From the NCBI GenBank assembly GCA_044226625.1, contig JBGAGQ010000067.1:1-34391 (forward strand): a stretch of 34,391 nucleotides of DNA, in the 5' to 3' direction. The notes below the pieces were generated by a model that saw only the letters and a program-made list of their open reading frames with translations, did no database searches and had not been told where the DNA came from. The translations under genes and the position numbers were made by a program. Of the stretch, positions 1-7,900 are shown piece by piece (position 1 is the stretch's first letter; the number at the start of each line of letters is the position of its first letter). The DNA comes from Thermoanaerobaculia bacterium (GTDB lineage Bacteria; Acidobacteriota; Thermoanaerobaculia; Multivoradales; UBA5704).

Positions 1-1615
1 CCGCGGTCGCCCGCGGCGTCGCCCGGGCGTGCGCGGTGAAGCGCTCGTGGAGCGTCTGCTCGACCGCGTGCTCGCGGCGATTCGCGGTGCGGATCGCCTG
101 GGCTTCCTCGCTCGGGCTCAGATAGGAGAGCGCGGCGTGATGCGCGAACGGATCGGCCGCCATCGCCTCCACCACCCGGCGGTAGTAGTGGTGCATCCGC
201 TCGACCTGCTCGGTCGCGAGGTACGGATCGTTCTTCTCGAGCGTCAGGCTCACCATCGCTTCCGAGATCGGATCGCGCGAGAAGGTTGCGGCGAGCGGGA
301 AGTGGGTGACCGAAAGGTCGCTGTGCCCTCCCTGGCCGGAGACCGCGACCGAGCCGGTGCCGAGCACGCCGTGGATGGCGTGGAAGTGGAGATAGCTGAA
401 CGCCGACTCGAACAGCACCTGGCCGCCGCGCAGGCGCTGGATGGCGACCAGCGGATAGCGACGATAGGGGATCAGCTCCAGCTCGCCCGCGAAGGTGCGC
501 TTGACCAGGTCGACCCACGACCCCGAGCCGAGCTCGAGGCGGAAAGGAAGCGTGTTCAGGAATAGGCCGCGCACGTCGTCGCCGTCGGCTTCCTCCTGGC
601 GCCCATGGGTCGTGAGGCCGGTCACCACATCGGAGCGGCCGTTCACCATGCCCATCACCTTCAAATGAGCGGCGAGCAGCGTGCTCTTGAGCGGCGCCCC
701 CGCCTCGGCCGCCAGACGCTCCAGCCCTTCGACGATGCGCAAATCGTAGTGCTCGGTCGGCTTGTGGTCGGTCCCCGGAGGGTCGACGTGCGGGCCGCCC
801 GGCCAACGCGGCAGGCGCTCCACGTCGAGCGCGTCGAGCTTGCCGCGCCAGAACGCCTGCGCCTCGGGCGAGGCGAGGATCTTGCGTTCGAGGAAGACGA
901 AGTCGCGGTAGGTGGTGCCGAGCGGCGGCCGTTCCGGCGGCGCCTCGCCACGGACGATCGCGAGATAGTTCTCGAAGATCTCCGACAGCGTCGACATCGT
1001 GCTCCAGCCGTCCGAGATCGCGTGCGGCTCGGTGAGCGTCAGGTTGAACGAGTCGTCGGTTCGACGGTGGACCCGGTAGTGGATCAGCGGCGGCTTCGTG
1101 AGGTCGACGAGCCGACGATTCTCCTCCAGGATGAACTCGTCGAGACGGCGCTGCCGCTCCTCCGGATCGAAAGCGCGCAGGTCCTCGAACTCGATCGGCA
1201 GATAAGCGTGGCGGTAGACCAGCTGCAGCGGCTCGCTGTAGCGGGTGAGGTCGAAGGCCGTGCGCATGATCGGATGACGCGCGACCACCCGCTGCACAGC
1301 CTGGTCGAACGCCCAGACCTCAAGCGGCGCGAAGAGGTGGAAGCTGTTGACGTTGTGGTACGTCGGCGCCACCGCGTCCGACGGAGAAATCTCCATGTGG
1401 TACAGCATGCCGAGCTGCACCGCGGTGAGCGGATAGGCATCCTCGACATCCGGGGGAAGCTTCGCCCGGTCCTGCTCCGAGATCAGGCTGAACGGCTCGG
1501 TGAGCGGGGCTTTGGCCGCACTCTTTTTCTTCGCCCGGAGCTGCTCGAGCAGCTGCCGCCGCTCGGGCGACAGCGCCGAGATGCGCTCCGAATTGCGCGC
1601 CGAAAGGTCGCTCAT
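1..1615 (-). CDS. NRPS, 3'-partial: N-terminal docking helix - C domain (D-type branch) - start of an A domain; not in the supplied ORF track
   Basis: My translation from ATG 1615: MSDLSARNSERISALSPERRQLLEQ...PFSLISEQDRAKLPPDVEDAYPLTAVQLGMLYH...RHPIMRTAFD...EPHAISDGWS...GLFLNTLPFR...EQTLHERFTAHARATP. It stays open to the window edge (538 codons). RBS-like AAAGGGGG lies 7 nt upstream. Confidence 0.93.
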   Translation of the reverse strand, partial: MSDLSARNSERISALSPERRQLLEQLRAKKKSAAKAPLTEPFSLISEQDRAKLPPDVEDAYPLTAVQLGMLYHMEISPSDAVAPTYHNVNSFHLFAPLEVWAFDQAVQRVVARHPIMRTAFDLTRYSEPLQLVYRHAYLPIEFEDLRAFDPEERQRRLDEFILEENRRLVDLTKPPLIHYRVHRRTDDSFNLTLTEPHAISDGWSTMSTLSEIFENYLAIVRGEAPPERPPLGTTYRDFVFLERKILASPEAQAFWRGKLDALDVERLPRWPGGPHVDPPGTDHKPTEHYDLRIVEGLERLAAEAGAPLKSTLLAAHLKVMGMVNGRSDVVTGLTTHGRQEEADGDDVRGLFLNTLPFRLELGSGSWVDLVKRTFAGELELIPYRRYPLVAIQRLRGGQVLFESAFSYLHFHAIHGVLGTGSVAVSGQGGHSDLSVTHFPLAATFSRDPISEAMVSLTLEKNDPYLATEQVERMHHYYRRVVEAMAADPFAHHAALSYLSPSEEAQAIRTANRREHAVEQTLHERFTAHARATPRATA

Positions 1616-1622
1616 ACCTAAT

Positions 1623-1630
1623 CCCCCTTT
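1623..1630 (-). promoter_or_regulatory. Shine-Dalgarno-like AAAGGGGG for the last NRPS gene
   Basis: 7 nt upstream of ATG 1615, in a 52-nt intergenic gap. Confidence 0.6.
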
Positions 1631-1667
1631 CGGCCGGGTCCGCGGCGCCCGACGATCCCTTCGAACG

Positions 1668-4600
1668 TCACGATTTCGCTGCCTCCTCGCCCTGCAAGCG
1701 CGCGGCGACCTCCTCGTCCGACAAACCTTCGAGCTCGGCGAGCAACTCGGCGAGCTCCGCCTCGTCCTCGACCTTCGCCTCGGCCCCATTCGCCGCGGCG
1801 GCGGCCGATCCCGCGCTCGCCGCGTGCTCCGCCAACGCGGCGACGGTCGGATGGCGGAACAGCTCTTCGACCGTCAGCTCGATGCCCTTCTCGCGCGCGA
1901 GCGCGATCACGCGGACGCTCCGGATCGAGTCGCCGCCGAGCGCGAAGAAGTTGTCCTCGACGCCGATCCGGTCGACCGAGAGCACCTCGCCCCAGATCTC
2001 GACCAAGGTGGCCTCGGTCTCGTTCCTCGGCGCCACGTACTCTCGTTCCAGCTCCGGGCGGGCGTTGCCCGGCGCGGGCAGCGCCGGGCGGTCGAGCTTG
2101 CCGTTCGCGGTGAGCGGAAGCGTCGCCAGGCGCAGGAAGAGCGCGGGGACCATCGCGTCCGGCAGCGTAGCCGCGAGATGCCGGCGCAGCTCGTCGACGT
2201 TCGGCGCCGGATCGCGGTCGCTGGTGAAATAGGCGACCAGCCGTCGCTCGCCCGGCCGGTCTTCACGAGCCAACACCGCCGTCTCGCGAACGCCCGGCGC
2301 GCGCAGGAGCGTCGCCTCGATTTCTCCCAGCTCCAGACGTACGCCGCGCACCTTCACCTGATGGTCGTTGCGGCCGAGGAATTCGAGGTCGCCCGTGGGC
2401 ATCAGGCGCGCGAGGTCGCCGCTCCGGTACAGGCGCGCTCCCGGCTCCGCGGCGAATGGATCGGGTACGAACCGCTCCGCCGTCAGGTCCGGGCGGCCGA
2501 GATAGCCGCGCGCCACCCCGGCGCCGCCGATGTAGATCTCTCCGGGCACGCCTTCAGGCACCGCTCGTCCGCGGCCGTCGAGCAGATGGAGCCGGGCGTT
2601 TGCGATCGGCCGGCCGATGGGCACCGGCCCGGGCTCGATCGCGCCGGCCCGGACGATGAACGCCGAGCATCCGACGACCGTCTCGGTCGGCCCGTATTCG
2701 TTCGCAATCCGGACCTCCGGCGAGCGCTTGGTCCAAGGGGCGAGCGCCTCGCCGAGCAGCGCCTCGCCGCCGACGATCAGCGTTCTCGCCCACGCGGCCG
2801 GCTCGCCGTCCGCCGCGATCGGCCCGAGCAGGCCGAGGTGAGCGGGGGTGAGCTTGGTGAGGGCATACTCGGTTTTCTCGCGTAGCGTCTCGGCGAGCGC
2901 CTCGATCCCGCGCTCGTCGGCGAGCAGCTCGACCGCGCCGCCGGAAAGGAGCGGAGCGAACAGGCTGGTGACCGTAAGGTCGAAACCGATCGGCGAATGG
3001 AGCGGGGTGACGCCCGAGCCGGCGTCGTAGGCGCCGATCGCCCAGTGGAGATAGTTGACTACCCCGCCATGGGGCACCATCACCCCCTTGGGCTTGCCGG
3101 TGGAGCCCGAGGTGTAGAGCACGTAGGCGAGATCGGCCGGAGAGGCCGTTCCCACCGCCCCCGACGTCTCCCCGCCGTCGCCCGCGTCGCCAAGAACCAG
3201 CGTTCCCGCCGCCGTCGCTCGTTCCGGCGCGAGCAGCGACAGCAGGCTCTCCTGGGCGAGGACGAGATCGGCGCCCGAGTCGTCGAGCATGAAGGCGATC
3301 CGGTCGCTCGGATACGCCGAATCGAGCGGCAGGTAGGCGGCCCCCGCGCGGAGAACGGCGAGGATCCCCACCGCCATGTCGATCGAACGCTCGGAGAGGA
3401 TCGCGACCAGGCGCCCGGGGCGGGCACCGCGCGCCGCGAGGTGCCGGGCGAGCCGCTCGACGCGGCCAGCCAGATCGCCGTAGGTAAGCTCCGCCTCCCC
3501 CATCTTCACGGCGAGCTTTTCCGGGGTCCGCGCGGCCTGGGCGAAGAACAGCGAATCGACCGTCGCCTCGGTCGGGTACGCGGCGGCGGTCGCGTTCAAC
3601 TCGGCGAAGCGCAGCCGTTCCCGTTCGGTGAGCAGGTCGGGATCGCCGATCGGCGTCTCGGGCGCGCACAGCAGAGCGGCGAGATACGCGCCCCAGCGCT
3701 CGGCGTGGGTCGCCGCGACCTCGGACGAGAAGACCCGGCCGTCGTAGACCAGGGAACAGGTAAAGTGCCCCGGCTCCCGATCGACCTCGAGCCCGAGCTT
3801 CGTGCGCTCGACGTTCGCCACCCGACGCGTGCAGGCGAGCCGCGGCGCTCCACCTTCGGACGGGATCGCGGCGGAGCGGGCGCGATAGGAGAACGACGCG
3901 GGAAAGCCGATGCCGTATCGATCGTCTTCCTCGGTCGAGAAGCAGTCCTGCCAGTCGATCGCCTCGGAGAGGGCGGCTTCGATCTCGGGCGCCAGGCTCG
4001 CGATCGACTTGCCATCGGCCGCTTGGGCGACGAGCGGCGCGGTCCGGGCGAACGCGCCGAGCGCGTCGGCGAGATCGGGATGCGAACGCCCTTCGAGCTC
4101 GACGCCGACGCCCACCTCCACCGAGCCACTCATCCGCGCGAGCAGGGCGCACCAGGCGGCAAGCAGGAGCGAGCGCTCTTCGACGCCGAGGGAGGCGGCG
4201 AGCGTCGCCACCCGCTCGGCCGTCTCGGGAGCGAGCGCCACCGCCACGCGCTCGGGCGCGAAACCGCCGGGGACTTTCTTTTCGAGCGGCAACGAGAGAG
4301 CGAAGAGCGAGGTGAGCGGAAGGGTGCGGAAATGCTCGCGACCGGCGCGGCTCTCCTCGCTGGCGATCAGCTCGTTCGCCCACTCGGAAACCTGGACGTA
4401 CTGGACCGGCTCTTCGGCGTCGCCCTGAGTCGCGAGCTCGCGCTCGAGCTCGGCCAGGAAGGCGTCGAGCGAACGGGCATCGGCGGCGATCGAAGGGAGC
4501 GCGAGGATCAGCGCGGCGCGCCCCGGGCCACCAGGCACCCAGGTCGCGTGGACGACCGGCCCACGCTCGAGGTCGAACGGCCGCGCGAGCGCCTTGTCGA

Positions 4601-4910
4601 ACAGGGCCGCCGGATCGCTCCCCTCGGGCGCGACCTGCCATAGCGGCGGCAGCTCGGCCGCCACGACCTGGAGCGGAAAGCGGACGCCGGGAGAGCGCCG
4701 GTAGGTCGTACGCAGGATCTCATGCCGCGCGACCAGCGCCGTGAGCGCCGCGCGAACCGCCTCGGGCGTCGCGGCCTCCGCTCCCCCTTGGATCTCCACT
4801 AGCGCCTGAACCTTGAACGCACGGCTATCGCGCGCGAGCTGCCAGGTGCGACGCTGCTGGGGCGATAGCCGGAATCCTTCGATTGCAGGGGCCGCAGTCG
4901 CCGCCGTCAT
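1668..4910 (-). CDS. Single-module NRPS I-A(Asn)-T (1080 aa)
   Basis: GFRLSPQQ N-terminus and degenerate C core LPSIAADARSL. A code DLTKIGEVGK read from FDLTVTS / TKLTP / IVGGE / NEYGPTETVVG, the classical Asn code. T motif GGDSI (~1927). Acidic C-terminal docking helix. ATGA overlap with the upstream gene at 4907-4910. Confidence 0.96.
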   Translation of the reverse strand: MTAATAAPAIEGFRLSPQQRRTWQLARDSRAFKVQALVEIQGGAEAATPEAVRAALTALVARHEILRTTYRRSPGVRFPLQVVAAELPPLWQVAPEGSDPAALFDKALARPFDLERGPVVHATWVPGGPGRAALILALPSIAADARSLDAFLAELERELATQGDAEEPVQYVQVSEWANELIASEESRAGREHFRTLPLTSLFALSLPLEKKVPGGFAPERVAVALAPETAERVATLAASLGVEERSLLLAAWCALLARMSGSVEVGVGVELEGRSHPDLADALGAFARTAPLVAQAADGKSIASLAPEIEAALSEAIDWQDCFSTEEDDRYGIGFPASFSYRARSAAIPSEGGAPRLACTRRVANVERTKLGLEVDREPGHFTCSLVYDGRVFSSEVAATHAERWGAYLAALLCAPETPIGDPDLLTERERLRFAELNATAAAYPTEATVDSLFFAQAARTPEKLAVKMGEAELTYGDLAGRVERLARHLAARGARPGRLVAILSERSIDMAVGILAVLRAGAAYLPLDSAYPSDRIAFMLDDSGADLVLAQESLLSLLAPERATAAGTLVLGDAGDGGETSGAVGTASPADLAYVLYTSGSTGKPKGVMVPHGGVVNYLHWAIGAYDAGSGVTPLHSPIGFDLTVTSLFAPLLSGGAVELLADERGIEALAETLREKTEYALTKLTPAHLGLLGPIAADGEPAAWARTLIVGGEALLGEALAPWTKRSPEVRIANEYGPTETVVGCSAFIVRAGAIEPGPVPIGRPIANARLHLLDGRGRAVPEGVPGEIYIGGAGVARGYLGRPDLTAERFVPDPFAAEPGARLYRSGDLARLMPTGDLEFLGRNDHQVKVRGVRLELGEIEATLLRAPGVRETAVLAREDRPGERRLVAYFTSDRDPAPNVDELRRHLAATLPDAMVPALFLRLATLPLTANGKLDRPALPAPGNARPELEREYVAPRNETEATLVEIWGEVLSVDRIGVEDNFFALGGDSIRSVRVIALAREKGIELTVEELFRHPTVAALAEHAASAGSAAAAANGAEAKVEDEAELAELLAELEGLSDEEVAARLQGEEAAKS
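3640..4910 (-). other. Interface (I) domain 2
   Basis: GFRLSPQQ, RHEILRT, LPSIAADARSL in place of HHxxxDG, VQYVQVSEW. Directly downstream of the C-TauD fusion. Confidence 0.85.
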
Positions 4911-7900
4911 TGCGCTCCTCCCACGTCGTCGTAGCTGGTCATCTCACCCATCGCGACCAAGATCTTCCTCGGCCCGCGGTACGGGTTGCGCCCATGGGCG
5001 ACGAGCACGTTATCGACCAGCACGACGTCCCCCTTCTGCCAAGGGAACTTCACTTCGAGCCGGTCGTAGACGTCCAGGATCGTGGCCATCCACTCGTCCG
5101 GGATCGGCATGCCGTCGCCGAAGAACAGATGGCGCGGCAGCTCGTCGTCGGGGAACAGCGAGCGCATCGACTGCGACGTGGTCGGATCCAGACAGGCGAC
5201 GTGCCAATGCTGCCCTTGGTTGAACCAGGTCTTCTCTCCCGTCACCGGATGCGGGATCACGGCCGGGCGACCGCCCCGCGTACGCAGCCGATCGCCCGAG
5301 CGCCATGAGAGCTCAACCCGGGTCTCCAACGCCTCGCGCTCGACCTCGCCGATGTCGTCGGTCTGGAAGACCGTCTGCCAGGGCAGGCCGAGTCCCTCGG
5401 AGTACGTGCGCTGGTAGAGCACGCCCTTCTCCTCGAACGCCCTGCGGATCTCCTCGGGGATCTCCTCGTAGACCCGCCGGCTGTCGACCAGAGGTGTTTC
5501 GCCTCCTTCGGCCGCCGGCTGGGCGCAGGCGAAGAAGATCTTCAACGGCCAGCGCCAGTTGAACGAGTTTTCGTTGTGCCAGAGCAGGCGCTGGTCTTGC
5601 GGATAGAAGACCGGCGTGTAGACGTTGCCGGTCACCGACTCGCGCGGATGCTCGCCGTTTTCGTTGAACAGGTGGGCGCACAGCTTGCTCGCGAAGGCCT
5701 CGAGCACCTCGGGCGTATCGACGCCGAAGCCGCGGAAGAGGATCGCCCCATGAGCGAGCAGGTCGGCTCGGATCTCCGCCTCGTGGCCGGCGGCCCACTC
5801 CGCGAGATCGGCGTCGGGAACCGCGGGGGTGACGACGAGCGGCAGCTTCTGGTCGGGGGAGAAATATCCCTTACGCACGATCTCCTGAGCGGCGATCGCG
5901 ACGGGCTTCGGCTGTACCGACTTGAACGACCTGAAGCTCAGATTCTTGAGGTCCTTCTTCTCCATGGCCTGCTCCTCTCGTTCGATGTCAGCCAAAGCGC
6001 CCAGCAGCTCGGACAGCGGCGCGTCGGGGGCGAGCCCCGCGCGCCCGGCGACCGTCGCGAGCTGGCGCATCCAGCGCTCGACGCGCGGCGCGTCGAACAG
6101 GTCGGTCGAGTAATTCACCCATCCGACGAAGCCTTCCGGGCGGTCCCAGAATGCCAACACCAGGTCGAGCTTGGCGACGCGGATCTCCACTTCCATCGGC
6201 TCGACCGACAGGCCGGGGGTCGCTCCTCCCGGCCGGGAGGCGTTCTCTAAAAACAGCTTGACCTGAAACAGCGGGGCGTGCCCCACGCTGCGGTCCAACT
6301 TCAAGGTATCCACAAGGGCATCGAACGGGACATCCTGGTGCGCGTAGGCGGCGAGCGCGGTCTTGCGCACCCGGGCGACCAGCTCGGAAAACGACGGATC
6401 TCCCGCGAGCGAAACCCGGAGCGCGAGCTGGTTGATGAAGAAGCCAACGATCCCTTCCGTCTCTTCGCGGTTCCGGTTCGCGACATCGGTGCCGACCACC
6501 AGGTCGTCGCGGCCGGTGAGCTTCTTGACCACCACCAGCCAGGCGGCGAACAGGACCATGAACGGGGTCGCCCCTTCGCGGCGACCGATCGCCTTGAGCC
6601 CTTCGGCGACGGGACCGGACAGGAACACCGACCGAGTGGCCCCCCGATCGCTCGGGCGCGCCGGGCGCCGCCGATCGGCGGGCAGGTCGAGCAACGGCGG
6701 TGCGCCCTCGAGCCGATCGCGCCACCAGGCAAGCTCCCGTTCGAGCGTTTCGCCGGCAAGAAAACGGCGCTGCCAGGCGGCGAAGTCGGCGTACTGGAAC
6801 GGCAGCGGCGGCAGCAGCCGGAGCGGTTCGGGCTCCCCGGCCGCGGCGGCGGCGTAGAGCTGCGCCAGCTCGCGTACGAAGACCCCCGAGGACCAGGCGT
6901 CGCTCGCGATGTGGTGGATGGTGAACGCCAGGACGTGATCGCCGGCTTCGAGCTCGAACAGCCGGACGCGAAGTAGCGGCCCGATCGCGAGATCGAGCGG
7001 TCGGTCCCCGTCTGAGGCGAGCAGGCGCCGGCATTCACGCATGCGCACGCCGGAGCGCGCCGCGCCGAGCGCCGAGAGGTCGATGCGCGGAAGGTCGGGC
7101 GCGGAAGGCGGCAGGATCCGCGGCGCCGGCTCGCCGCGCAACGCCGGAAAAACCGTGCGGAGCGATTCGTGGCGGGCGACGATCGAGCCGAGCGCGATCT
7201 TGAGCGCGCGGACGTCGAGATCTCCGCGTAGGCGCACCGCGTCCGGGATGTTGAACATCGCCGTCCCGGGACGCATCTGCTCCAGGAACCAAAGGCGCTG
7301 CTGCGCGAACGAGAGGTCGAACCGCGAGCCATCGCGCGGAATCCGTTCGAACGCCGGCGCCGCAGCGCGGCCTTCCGCTCCTCCCTGGGAGCCGGCCAGA
7401 GCGCCCTCGACCTCGCGCGCAAGCGCCGCAATGGTTGGCGCGTCGAACAGCTGGTGGACTCCAAGCTCGACGCCGAACGCCCGCCGCGCTCGCGAGACCA
7501 CCCGGGTCGCCGAAAGCGAATGCCCCCCGAGCGCGAAGAAATCGTCGTCGAGCCCCACGTGCCGTCGCTCCAGCACCTCGGCGAAGAAGCCGGCGAGGAT
7601 CTCCTCGGTGGCGCTGCGCGGACGGGCGTCGGGTTCCTCGCCTTCCGCGATCTGCGGCACCGGCAGGGCGCCGAGGTCGAGCTTGCCGCTCGGCGAGCGC
7701 GGGAAGCTCTCCAGCCGCACGAACGCCGACGGCACGAGCGCGGCGGGGAGCCGGGCGGCAAGGAAACCGCGCAATTCCTCGGCGAGCCCCTCCTCCGCTC
7801 CCTCGCGCGGCACGACGTAGCCGACCAGGCGTTTGCTCCCCCCTTCGTCGATCGCGAGCACCACCGCCTGCCCGACCGCCGGGTGCTCGGCGAGGCGCGC

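Noticed and set aside
1616-1667. 52-nt intergenic region as a terminator or riboswitch
   Set aside because: Only weak GC pairing, no U-tract after a stem on the minus strand, and the downstream gene is clearly part of the same operon.
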